A DNA stretch of 62,922 nt, the filler included, from Chrysochromulina tobinii (Eukaryota): NCBI GenBank assembly GCA_001275005.1. It is 8 parts of 8 records of this genome, joined end to end, with 100 filler letters (N's around TTAATTAATTAA, not from the genome) between each part and the next. Parts side by side here need not be neighbours in the genome. Positions count along the whole stretch, not along the records: positions 1 to 12,356 come from JWZX01000255.1; 7 more parts are not named here. One strand, written 5' to 3'. Shown piece after piece: positions 1-10,048 of the stretch. Below the pieces are notes generated by a model. The model was given only the letters and a program-made list of their open reading frames with translations, was not told where the DNA came from and did not search any database. A program made the translations under genes and the position numbers. Each line of letters begins with the position of its first letter. Position 1 is the stretch's first letter.

Positions 1-726
1 CCGGCCGCCGCCTGCCGCGCAGCGCCACCGCCCGGTCCCCCGCGCCCGGACCCCGCCGCCGCGCCGCCGGCCCAGTGTACTCGCCTACGTTGGAGGTCAC
101 GCGAGTTAGCCGAGTTTTGTCACGGTCGCCAAACAGTTCATACTACATACAGTTCGAACGCGGACGATGCATCTTACTATGACTATGCGTACTTTGTGTT
201 GTATCTCCCGTGTGACCGCGCGCCGGGCGGGATACCTATACGGAGGTCAACGAGGATCGAGGTCCGGGTATACAGTCACGCTAATATGCCCGCGCCTATC
301 GTATACCTCAAGGGGTCGGGCGACAGTAAAAGATGGCGCTGGGTGAGCACTCACACCTCCACCAAGGACCGGGACCAGCCTCGACTCGGCTCTGCCTCTG
401 GCACTCTGCCTCGGTATGGCGCTCTGTCACTCTGCGGCGTGCCTCTCGCGTGGTCTTCGAGCTCGACCCCTCTCATCCGCCCGAGCGGAAATAATCCGAT
501 CGAGGATGGCTGGTACTTGGTGGATGCATGGCTCAGCGCTCATCCCAGCGCTCATCCCCGTCACCGCTCGCACGGCTTCACGTGCCACTAACGTGCCACA
601 AGCCGACGCCGCATCATGCACAGCCCTTCTCCCACGAACCGTAGTCGCCTCGGCCATGTGGCCTTTCGTGGCTCTCTCACGCAGCACCCGAAGTCGAGCT
701 TGCCACACGGATTTGCAAGGCTGCTC

Positions 727-3700
727 TCAAACTTGCGGCTCGCCACCGAGGTTCGCGAGGATCATCATCGTCGCAAAGTGCGCTCGCCGCAGCTCGTTGA
801 ACTGCCAGTGGCGATCAATGCACAGCTGCAGAAAATCCATGCGCTTGTCCACGAGCGGGTGGGAGATTTCGTCGCCCACCTCGGCGCGCGCCTTCTCCGA
901 TGACGTGTCGCCGTGCGCCGTGCGCGCGATGCGTCCCGGTGCGTCCGGCGGAGGCATGAGACGGCGGTCTATCTGATTGAGCGTCGCGATGAGAAAGCGC
1001 TTGCGCACCGACTTGGTCTGCTTCTTCATCTGCTCGACGAGCACATGGGACGCCTCGCGCGCGAGGCCGGGCGGCGCGGCGCGCGTGGGCACGGGCGGCG
1101 CGGCGCGTGGAGGCTCGAGCATCGTCTTGAGGTGGTCAGGGAAGAAGTCGCCCTCGAAGAGAGGAAAGTCGCGGATCGAAGTGAGGTGCTCAACGTGCGT
1201 CTGGATGTCTTCGTACGTTGAGACGATGCCGTCGGTGACAGCATAGTTGAGCATCTTCTCGTACCAGTCGCGCAACTTGGCCATCGACATGGGCCGCGTG
1301 CCGTGCCGCGGGTCGATGGGACGCGTGTGGAAGATGTACTCGTCTCCCGCCTGAGGCGGAGCCACCCAGATGTGCGCAAAGTCGAAGCCGCGGTCGCGCG
1401 CGCTTCGCAAGTAGCCGTTGGCCATGGCGTGGTAGACGAGCGTTCGCTGCTCCGGCGGCGATGTCTGCAGGTAGCGCACAGAGTCGAGGTACGAGATGTA
1501 CGCGCGGTTGGTGTTGGGCGCGGGGCACTCGGGCCCGTACTCCTGCACGTACATGGCGAAGAAGCACACGTCGCGACCACCGACCTCCTGAAAGGCGAGC
1601 ACCACGCGCGACTCGTATGGGAATGCATCGGGGTAGTCGGCGCCGTAGCGTGCCTTCATTGCGCCGAACGCGGGATAGTTGAAGCGCTTCGACGAGACGA
1701 CGCGTACGGTCAGGCCGTCGACGCTCACGTTGAGCTTCTTCATCGTCTGCGCAACGTACGCTTCGATCGAATCCGAGAGCGGGTGCGTGCGCAGCGCCGA
1801 GGCGCGACGATGCTGCAGCGCGAGCAACCGCGTCGCGCTGTCGAGCGGCACGCCTTTCCGATGGCACTCGTTGCAGATGTAGCGCTGCTTGTCTATCTTC
1901 CACTCGGCGGGTAGCTGCGCTGGATCGGGGAAGAGGGCACACACATAGTGGAACCAGCGCTCGCACCCACCCTCGCACAAAATGTAGTTGTCGAACGCCT
2001 GGTCCTCCTTGGCATTCCACACGCACTTCTCGAACGTCTCGTGGCGCAGCTCGACGTCCTTGAGGTACTCGGGCTGCGTGCCCGCATTCATGTCCGCGTG
2101 GCACCCGTGGCACACACGGATGTTGAGGCGCAGTCCGGGGTCACGAAAGTACGTTTGGCCCGACCGAATCTGCTTGTAGCAGCCGGAGCAGCGCAGCAGC
2201 GGCGGCTCCATCGGCAGATTGACGTGAAGGCACGTCGAGCAGCAGATCTGCCGTTGCGCGACATCGACGCGTTCCAGCACGGCACCCGAGTGGCATTCCT
2301 GGCAAACTGCAGGCAGGTCGCTCGCCTTGGCACGCCACGTGGCATTTTTGGACCCGCCCGTGTCACAGCTGCACACGAGCTGCACATCGCACGTGCCATC
2401 TTCGTGCACGGCCGTCACCACGGCTGCGTTCGTCTTCAGCGGCGGCGCGTGAGTCTCGAGGGGATCGAACTCAGTCGGCTTGGGGCCGCTCGCCTGCCTG
2501 GACGGGTCGACGATGACATTCATGCCGATGGCGATGCACTCCTCGTTGCGGTCGGTAGGCTCATGCCCGATCGGTATGCTCGCGCTGTGCTCGATGAGCT
2601 CGGCCATCTTGCCCTCCTTGGCGAGGTGGTCGAAGCCGACGAGATCGACGTCGCCATCCTTCCACGACCCGTCCGACATGGCATCCGAGGAGCCACCAAA
2701 GGTTTGCTCGTCGCTCTCCTCCTTGCGCGCTGACTGGCGCAGCGCGCGGCCGGAGCGGCTGCTCATCGGCGCATTGTGAGGCTCCTTGGGGTTCGCCGAA
2801 GGCATCGGCTTGTCGGCATGGCTACGCTTCGCTGGATTGGCTGGATCGCCTCGTTCGATGCGCTGGATCTTGGATGCATGCTCGCCGCCTGAGACATGGG
2901 CCTCATCGACGGGCACATGGCCGCACCTTCCGTCGACATTGGCACCTGCGAAGCCGGCGAGCCCGTCGTCATCATCGTCGAGCGCGGCGCTGCTGCCTCC
3001 ATCGCCCCAGCCAACAAGGTCGTCCATCGGGAGCGCTCGCCTCTCGGGTGCTTGGCGAGGCCGCTTCGAACCTGCAACCTGTCCAGGCACCACCTGCCGG
3101 CCGTCTCGCGTGTGATGCTCCGTTGTGAGCAGGTCGTCAAGGTCGTTCATCTCATCGCCGTCCTCGCCTCCAAAGTCGTCAACGGAGTGGCCGCAGAAGC
3201 CGCCGAAAAAGCCGCCGCCGTTGAGCGACGCCACCAGACTGTTGCTCGTCATGGGACCAATCGCCATGGGTACAATCGAGCTCGAGGGCTGCGGACTGAA
3301 TGGAAGAGGCATGGCAGGCGGCATCGAGATGACTCCAGCCCGAGGCTGCGCCTCCAGCTTCAATGCTGGCGCCGGGGCCTTTCCCACAGCAGACCGAGCC
3401 CGAATCGCCCCGAGGCCGCTGGCACCCTGTCCTGGAGCAGCAGCGGCGGCCGGCCGCCGCTGCTGCTGCGGCGGCGGCGGCTCCGTCGCCTGCATCCGCT
3501 TCTGCAACAAGCCGTTGGGGTACCTCTTCTGGATGTACGAGATGAGCTTGCGGCGATAGTGCTCGCGAAGCTTGACCATCGACTGCCACTTGTTGCAAGT
3601 AGGGCAGTCGTTTTGCCCACCTGGCAGGTTGGAGATACTGCACTCCAACGTGTGCTTCTCGACGCGCTCGAGCACCTGCTTCATCACGGAGCACCCTTCG

Positions 3701-4464
3701 ACAGCGCACTGTGGCTGCACACGCCGCACCGAGTACAATTTGCAAACGACAGTGCGTGTGAGATCGTACCACCGTGCGTGCGCGCTAGTGCTCGTGCGCG
3801 TGCGGGCGGGCGAGCGATGAATGTCATCGCGCGCGGGTGCGGCGGAACGCACCTTGGGGCACAGCAGCGCATGAATGAGGACCTTAGTCCCAAGGTTGGA
3901 ACTCTTAGCCTTGGAAGCCGACGACGCGCCAGACCCCTCACCTTGCCATGATGACGCGGCGCTCTGCCCTAGCATGGCAGCAGGGGGAACTGGTGTCCTT
4001 CCGGTCAAAGGCACCACCTGATTGTACTCCTGCTTGTACTCTTGCTTGACTGTTTGGGCGCTCGCAGCTGGCGGCGGTGAAGAAGACCGTAAAGATGGTG
4101 TCGTTCCGGTCAAAGGTACCACCTGATTGTGCTCCTGCTTGTACTCTTGATTGATTGTTTGGGCGCTCGCAGCTGGCGGCGGTAAAGAAGACCGTAAAGA
4201 TGGCGCAGCCGGGGCGAATCGCGCGGCTGGGGCGGATGGCGCGGATGGCGCAGCCATCGAGGGGTGAGCACGAGCACGACTCTGCTTTAGACCATTGACG
4301 GTGCGGATGAGCACGTCAGCGCCTAGCAACTGGCGCACACGCGAGCAAAACTCTCGCAAATCAATATTCCGACTGCGGAGGCCATCGAGCAGGTGCAGGA
4401 TTTGCGGGCTCGAGTGGTGGCGCAAGATCTCGTTCGCCAGATCCTCAACAGAGACGGTGGCCAT
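727..4464 (-). CDS. p300/CBP-family (KAT11) histone acetyltransferase: N-terminal RST-like helical domain, TAZ-type Zn finger, Tudor-like segment, RING/PHD, HAT domain; one predicted intron 3715-3852
   Basis: HAT motifs AYISYLDSV, HIWVAPPQAGDEYIFH, LRDWYEKML, FEGDFFP and C-terminal FLQLCIDRHWQFNELRRAHFATMM match p300/CBP. PHD YILCEGGCERWFHYVC...YICNEC. TAZ LIHALLCPK|PQCAVEGCSVMK..H...C is restored by removing an AAG|GT...CAG intron of 138 nt. No bromodomain recognised. Confidence 0.9.
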   Translation of the reverse strand: MATVSVEDLANEILRHHSSPQILHLLDGLRSRNIDLREFCSRVRQLLGADVLIRTVNGLKQSRARAHPSMAAPSAPSAPAARFAPAAPSLRSSLPPPAASAQTINQEYKQEHNQVVPLTGTTPSLRSSSPPPAASAQTVKQEYKQEYNQVVPLTGRTPVPPAAMLGQSAASSWQGEGSGASSASKAKSSNLGTKVLIHALLCPKVRSAAPARDDIHRSPARTRTSTSAHARWYDLTRTVVCKLYSVRRVQPQCAVEGCSVMKQVLERVEKHTLECSISNLPGGQNDCPTCNKWQSMVKLREHYRRKLISYIQKRYPNGLLQKRMQATEPPPPQQQRRPAAAAAPGQGASGLGAIRARSAVGKAPAPALKLEAQPRAGVISMPPAMPLPFSPQPSSSIVPMAIGPMTSNSLVASLNGGGFFGGFCGHSVDDFGGEDGDEMNDLDDLLTTEHHTRDGRQVVPGQVAGSKRPRQAPERRALPMDDLVGWGDGGSSAALDDDDDGLAGFAGANVDGRCGHVPVDEAHVSGGEHASKIQRIERGDPANPAKRSHADKPMPSANPKEPHNAPMSSRSGRALRQSARKEESDEQTFGGSSDAMSDGSWKDGDVDLVGFDHLAKEGKMAELIEHSASIPIGHEPTDRNEECIAIGMNVIVDPSRQASGPKPTEFDPLETHAPPLKTNAAVVTAVHEDGTCDVQLVCSCDTGGSKNATWRAKASDLPAVCQECHSGAVLERVDVAQRQICCSTCLHVNLPMEPPLLRCSGCYKQIRSGQTYFRDPGLRLNIRVCHGCHADMNAGTQPEYLKDVELRHETFEKCVWNAKEDQAFDNYILCEGGCERWFHYVCALFPDPAQLPAEWKIDKQRYICNECHRKGVPLDSATRLLALQHRRASALRTHPLSDSIEAYVAQTMKKLNVSVDGLTVRVVSSKRFNYPAFGAMKARYGADYPDAFPYESRVVLAFQEVGGRDVCFFAMYVQEYGPECPAPNTNRAYISYLDSVRYLQTSPPEQRTLVYHAMANGYLRSARDRGFDFAHIWVAPPQAGDEYIFHTRPIDPRHGTRPMSMAKLRDWYEKMLNYAVTDGIVSTYEDIQTHVEHLTSIRDFPLFEGDFFPDHLKTMLEPPRAAPPVPTRAAPPGLAREASHVLVEQMKKQTKSVRKRFLIATLNQIDRRLMPPPDAPGRIARTAHGDTSSEKARAEVGDEISHPLVDKRMDFLQLCIDRHWQFNELRRAHFATMMILANLGGEPQV
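3990..4205 (-). repeat. 105-nt (35-aa) tandem duplication inside the HAT gene
   Basis: PSLRSSLPPPAASAQTINQEYKQEHNQVVPLTGTT repeated as PSLRSSSPPPAASAQTVKQEYKQEYNQVVPLTGRT; tgtttgggcgctcgcagc at 4051 and 4156. Confidence 0.9.
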
Positions 4465-4997
4465 ATTCCTTTGACGGCAGCGCCAACACTTGAGCTACGA
4501 AGGGCCGGCCACTCTGGAGGCCATTCGTTATCGGAAAAGCGTTGTGGTGGGCAGAGATGGTGGATGGGAGTAGCGACAGAGCGAGAGAGCGCAGTGGGGG
4601 CGTCGAGATGTGTCGTGCATCGAGTGAAGCCTGTCGTGTTGTGCGTCGAGGGTTGTGCGCCATGTCGCGAGAGAGCCGTGGTGCAATGCCAGTGGTGCAG
4701 TGCCAGTGGTGCAGTGCCGGTGCAGCAGTGCCAGAGATACGGGCTGTGCTATGTGGCGAGGGGCGTGGCTGCACCACCTCGATCGCGGCGTTCGTGTTCC
4801 GTAGGTGAAGCTCCTCTCGTCACGCGTCAGCGCTACTCCGAAGATGAGAGAGGCGACATAGTGAATGCCGCAGGGTTTTGACAGTTGTGAGGCCCGGGCT
4901 TTCATCAGGGCTTTCAAGAGCCATGTCATCGAGCGTGTGTTGTGTATGCCCACGCCCCTCCACAACATCGTACAATCCTGCGTGCCCTAACAAGAGA

Positions 4998-5075
4998 GCC
5001 CCAACATGCCTCGTGCAGCACAAGGCTGCCTCCTATGGCGTCGCGAAGAGGCCAAGGTGGCGCTGCTTGGTGCTT
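4998..5075 (-). pseudogene. Isolated AP2-domain relic with in-frame TAG
   Basis: Reads [22 protein letters not shown]; the DNA closely matches the AP2 repeat at about 55037-55110. Confidence 0.75.
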
Positions 5076-5949
5076 GTGCCATCCTCGAGACGAGATCTCA
5101 GCACACGATATGGGCCCAGGGGGCGAGGGCTGGGGACCCGCTTTTCTTTTCGTCTCTCTATACAAAAACTTGCACCCAGACCCGGCCTCCCACGCAGCCG
5201 GGCGAGTCGGCGGCGGGCGCAGCTCCTGCGGCGCACGCCGCAGCCGCGCCGGCATCGGTGCGAGGCAGCAGCCTCTGTGGGTTACGCACACGCACCAGGC
5301 GGGGAAGCGACGATGACAGGGCGCGCGGCGCGTGGAGACTAGATGGCGGGGCGCGGCGCGTGAAGACAATCGCGCCATCGTCGCCTCCCCCGGTTCTGCT
5401 CGGACGACATCGCCTTGCAATGCGCCGACGCTTCCTTTTGCCACCGTGCCCGTCGGAGCGGCGTTGGAGACGCCGGCGGCATCGAACCTGCGTGCACCGA
5501 CGCGCCCGATGGCGCGCGCCCCCGTGGGGAACGCAAAGACGCACTCGACACCGTCGCATTACGACGGAGTCGAGCACAAGTGGTGGCTTCCATCGCCGCC
5601 GCCGCCGCCACCGCCTCCTCCGTGGACGTCACGCCGAAGGCCGAGGCACCACATTCGGCGCCGGTTGCGCCGCGCAACGCGCGGCGTCGGCGCTTTCGCC
5701 GCCGCACCTGCACAGCACGCGCGCGCGCTCCGCGCCATCGTGCTGCGGGCACGAGCTGGCCAGAGTTTGAGAGTCCGAGCGCAGCTCCTCCGTAGCGCGC
5801 GCGCGTCAAGGCGCGCGGCGAAAGGGGCGGGCACGTCGATGGCAAATGGAGAGATGGTTGGGAGCAACGCCGTCCTCCGACGCGCCTGGAGCCGGCCGCA
5901 GCGGGGCGCGGAGGCGCGCGCATGCGCGCGTAGCGCAAAAAAAGGTTGC

Positions 5950-6043
5950 ACGGACGGACGCACGAATTAGGAATTCCTAAAGGGGGTCCGAGCCAGTACC
6001 CTGAAAGGCTGCTGCGCTCGCCTTTTTCAGGGTCCCCAGGATA
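5950..6043. mobile_element. Probable terminus of a non-autonomous transposon (hairpin + palindrome + GACG microrepeat) truncating the adjacent gene
   Basis: Stem-loop accctgaaaggc (5998-6009) / gcctttttcagggt (6020-6033); perfect palindrome ttaggaattcctaa 5967-5980; acggacggacg adjacent. Protein-like coding stops here. Confidence 0.4.
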
Positions 6044-6595
6044 TATGGCAACCACTTTACGAGACAGAACTTTTCCGCTAAGTTTCCAGTTTGGAGAGGT
6101 ATTGCCGGTCAGTGGTTCTTTTCCTCCCGCAACGCGGTAGTACTCATCGATGCAGCTCTCACACGAAGTAAGGAGATGCTGCAACTGAGGAACGGCCTCA
6201 AAGAGATCCACGGGGCAGGTGGAGGTGCTCATGTGCAAAGGAAGGTCACTCTTGCGAAAAGGTGCTTTGCCTTGTCCAACATCCCATGAGGCCTCGTGGT
6301 AAAAGACGATGGGTTTGGGCGAAGTTCTGGAAAAGATCGTTCCAGTGAAGTTGACCGATCGATACGTTCGTAAAGAGCTGATGCTCGTACTCGTGATGAT
6401 CAGAAGAGGTTCTAAGTAGTGTGCAGCACATGGTTGATTCGAGGCAATCTTTGGCTCGAGGCCGAGTTGTGCTTTGCAAGATGTGGTGACAGCGGAGATG
6501 GGGTTGACGTAGGTCCATTCGCCGGTCGCCGAAGATTGGGAAGACTGGGCCACGACGTGCACCGCAGCGAGGAGAAGCGGGCACGTGACGCGCAT
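6043..6595 (-). pseudogene. Truncated secreted/type II membrane protein, possibly a glycosyltransferase N-terminal half
   Basis: Signal-like start MRVTCPLLLAAVHVVAQS; globular segment (IVFYHEASWD, VDLFEAVPQL, RKVVAIY) runs into the hairpin element. Confidence 0.4.
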
Positions 6596-6861
6596 CGCAG
6601 ATTGGCAGATATATGGATATCTCCCCCGAAATAGATATCTCTCCGGAGAAAAAAGTTTGCTCGGCCCCTTGAATGACATGACGCATGCGACCCGAACACA
6701 CACAGTATGGCCCTGACGATCAGAGCGGCGCCGTGTCGGCGCGTATGCTCCGCGTGCCCGGTGCACGCTGCGTTTAACGCTGCGTTCACACTGAACACAA
6801 CAACACCCCTAACGGCGAGCTTCTACATGTGTAGACCTCAAAACCGAAATAGAAAATCAGA

Positions 6862-6915
6862 AAGTTCAAGTTCAAGTTCAAGTTCAAGTTCAAGTTCAAG
6901 TTCAAGTTCAAGTTC
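6862..6915. repeat. (AAGTTC)9 microsatellite
   Basis: Read directly from the sequence. Confidence 0.95.
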
Positions 6916-7755
6916 AAGCTCGTGTTCAAGCTCGTGTTCCTTCTGTTGTGTCTCATCCTCTCCGTCGACCCTCACCCCCACACTGCAAGCAGTGTTCCCC
7001 ACTGCTAGCCTCGAGAGCACGTTCGATAGGCTTCCTTTAGGTTGTCTGTTGTTTATAAGTTGAACTTCGCGCCTTCGAACGATAATCGCGCATTGTCTCG
7101 CGACAAGGGAGTCGTGCGTCTTGGTACGTGTGTGACGCGCATCGCAAAATCATTTCGATTCGTCCACCGGCGCAATTTTACATGTACCTGACATGTAATT
7201 ACAGGTAATGAGGTGCGTTTTATTAGCGTTTTGAACTTTTGACGAAAAGATGTCGAACTCGGAACTGGCGGACGGACAGACAGACAGAAAAGCAAGAAAA
7301 GGCTCCACCGGCTAAAACCTATCGAGACGCGCGCGCGACGCTATTTTCGCGCGGGCGGTCGATCTCTGAGGCTTCCCTCCCGGACCCGGTGAGCGGTGTA
7401 GTTCCAACGGCGGACGTGGGGAAGACATGGGGGAAGAATAATATGAATTTAACCAGGTCCGGGCTGTGAGCCCTTTTTTCTCACGTACAGCCAGGGTCGT
7501 CGCTCCCACGCATTGCTCCCACGAAGAGGCCTCTTGGGAAATTCATTTCCAAAAGATCCGATCGGATTAGTGGCACGAACCACCACGCAACCCCGCGTAC
7601 CAGTGAACCGTCTACCGCGTGTGTACCCCGGCAACCCCCGGTGTCTTCTAACCCGAGACAATCGATGCATTCGCCAGAACGCCAGGCGCCCGCCGCGGCG
7701 CGCCACCCATTTCCAAGTAGAGTAGGTGCTCACCCCCCACCCCCTCTTTTTTGAA

Positions 7756-10035
7756 TCATCTCCGCTGCGTGCGACCACGGGTGAACAGGAGGACGTCCCA
7801 TCTGTGGTTCGGTGCATGGGGCAGCGCCGGGTACGTGCACAGTTCGGATCCAACCTCGAGCATGAAATTCGGATCCAATCCGCGTCCGAACATTTCGGAG
7901 CTGGAGGTGCAGCGCACAGCCATGCCACAGGTAGAGGCGGCAGCCGCCCACGCAAGCCCGCTCGATCCCCTCAAGGCCCCCGGCCGGAGCAGCAGTAAGA
8001 CCGCATGGCGCGCGGGCACCTCCGGAGGGCAAAGGATGGACGTGGGCACTCTGGCGCGCCCAAACAGGCCCTCCGTATCGGCGACGACCACAACCTCGCC
8101 CTCTCCGGTGGGTTCGGACGATATGGAGTTGATGGCCCTGCTGTTGACGAACCCCAAATCAGAGTTGGGTCCGACGAACCCCAAATCGGACGATATGGAG
8201 CTGATGGCCCTGCTCGGCGACGCGGAAGCAGGTTGGGCTGTGGGGAAAGGGTCGGCCCACAGGAGCCGCGGCAGCTTGTGCAGTAGACCATTCATCGGCA
8301 GCTCGTACGCCGCGAGAGAGAGCACGAACGAGCTGTCCGCCTCGATGCACGAGTACTGGCGAGGGCGTAGAGCCGCGATCAGGTGACGGCCCATCCGGCC
8401 ACTCCCACACGCGAGCTCGAGGAGGCGAGCTGTGGGGCCGATGCAGCCGTATTTGCGCAGCATGCTCAGGACGAAATGCGCGTCGTCGAGCCCAACAAGC
8501 CATGCCCCAGACGCACCTTGGGCGGCTTCGTGGCGATGGGCTGACTGCCGGCAGCGCCAGTCGGCATGCTTGGCATGCGTATCCCACCAAGTCGAGACGG
8601 CGCCCACCTCGTCGGAGTCTCGTGCAAAGCCCGCCGCGAGGAGCACGTCACGCAGATGAGCCTCGAAGGCAGAGGCTGTCGACACGTAAGGCCGTTCGAG
8701 GTGGAGCGAAGCAGAGCAGCTGAGCCCTGCGTCTTCCGACTCCTGCGGCGCAGCAGCAGCAGCAGCAGGCGCCATCCGAGGCAGTTGCGCCACCAAGTCG
8801 AGGGTCGGCTTGGCATTTCGCCAATGGTGCGCCTCGGACTTGCGTGCCCAAACGCCCCAACCTCCGGGCACCAGTCCCTGGTGCATTGTGGGCCGCGAAT
8901 GGTCGTATGCGGTTGCCATCTTTGGGTCGCTGATCGAGTACACCAAGGTCATCCCGCAGGTGTCGGCCGACTGCCGGATACGCTGCGCTCCTTCCCGCTT
9001 GATCAGCGACTTCTCCTTGGCTGTCGGGAGATTTTGTACCTGGACAATGAGTCCGCCGGGCGAGAGCAGCCTCGCCGCGTCGCAGAACAGCCGCTCGAAG
9101 GCGGAGCGCGCGATGTACCCCTTGAGGGAGGCAAAGGCGAAGATGAGCTCGAGCCTGCCCGAATGGGGCATGCCGGACGAGACACGCAGGCCGGAGTCGA
9201 GCAAGTACCGTGGGCGCTTCGGGAGCAGGTTCTGCATCGGAAGCTCGTAGGCAATCTGGGCTTGTAGTGACCAGGAGTCGGCCTCGATGCAAGAGTAGTG
9301 TCCGGGGTGCAGAAAGCGGATCAGGTGGGTTCCCACCCGGCCCGCACCGCAGCCAATCTCCATCACACTGTGCCACGGCTGCAGCCGAAGCGAGCGTGCC
9401 AGCCAATGGGCGTCATCCAAGCCGAACCGCCAGCCGATCACCATGCGCTGGTGCATCTCATCTAGCAGATGGCTGTCGACGGCGCTCACCCACGTCGGCT
9501 GTGTCGACGGCGGACCGCACTGAGCCTTGGCCCAAGTGCCGATGGTCTGCGAGATGTCGATTCGTGAGAGGCCGTGCCAAGAGATGTTGGCTTCGCGAGC
9601 GATGGTAGCGACGGCGCTCCAGCGAGCACGAGCAGAGGTGAACTGCACGGACTGATGGCACCGCGCGAGAGTTCCACTTAGACCAGACAACAGAGAAATG
9701 GGCGACACCTCAGCGGCGTGACGGGTGGCTCTCCGACGAGGCCAGAGCGAACTGCGCACTTGATCTCCTCTGTGCGCACTCGAGCTCAACTCCGGCTTGA
9801 TCTCCTCTGTGCACGCTCTGCGGTGCCGCTGGCAGCAGCCGGAGGCCCATGTGCAGGAGGTGGGAATGACCTCGTTGGACATGCCGTATTTGTGAATGTG
9901 CTGAACTTTGGCTGTGAATGGCGAAGGGGGCGGCCGCTGTCGAGGCGACGGCGGCATAACTTTCATGATTGCATGCATATAATTCTTGCTTCCAGAGAAA
10001 CTCAATGCAACTTCTGGCCGTTTCTGGATTCCCAT
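7756..10035 (-). CDS. Protein with two tandem class I SAM-dependent methyltransferase domains (true start probably downstream of 10035)
   Basis: Two motif-I segments, VMEIGCGAGRVGTHLIRFL..YSCIEAD..YELP and LLELACGSGRMGRHLIAAL..YSCIEAD..YELP, are clearly paralogous. Confidence 0.8.
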   Translation of the reverse strand: MGIQKRPEVALSFSGSKNYMHAIMKVMPPSPRQRPPPSPFTAKVQHIHKYGMSNEVIPTSCTWASGCCQRHRRACTEEIKPELSSSAHRGDQVRSSLWPRRRATRHAAEVSPISLLSGLSGTLARCHQSVQFTSARARWSAVATIAREANISWHGLSRIDISQTIGTWAKAQCGPPSTQPTWVSAVDSHLLDEMHQRMVIGWRFGLDDAHWLARSLRLQPWHSVMEIGCGAGRVGTHLIRFLHPGHYSCIEADSWSLQAQIAYELPMQNLLPKRPRYLLDSGLRVSSGMPHSGRLELIFAFASLKGYIARSAFERLFCDAARLLSPGGLIVQVQNLPTAKEKSLIKREGAQRIRQSADTCGMTLVYSISDPKMATAYDHSRPTMHQGLVPGGWGVWARKSEAHHWRNAKPTLDLVAQLPRMAPAAAAAAPQESEDAGLSCSASLHLERPYVSTASAFEAHLRDVLLAAGFARDSDEVGAVSTWWDTHAKHADWRCRQSAHRHEAAQGASGAWLVGLDDAHFVLSMLRKYGCIGPTARLLELACGSGRMGRHLIAALRPRQYSCIEADSSFVLSLAAYELPMNGLLHKLPRLLWADPFPTAQPASASPSRAISSISSDLGFVGPNSDLGFVNSRAINSISSEPTGEGEVVVVADTEGLFGRARVPTSILCPPEVPARHAVLLLLRPGALRGSSGLAWAAAASTCGMAVRCTSSSEMFGRGLDPNFMLEVGSELCTYPALPHAPNHRWDVLLFTRGRTQRR

Positions 10036-10048
10036 CTATTGGATAGGA

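Noticed and set aside
1..420. Possible structured RNA or element end downstream of the HAT gene
   Set aside because: No tRNA/snRNA/rRNA hallmark or second copy in the window to support a call.
6838..7020. ELELEL / poly-Ser ORFs
   Set aside because: Translation of the (AAGTTC)9 microsatellite.
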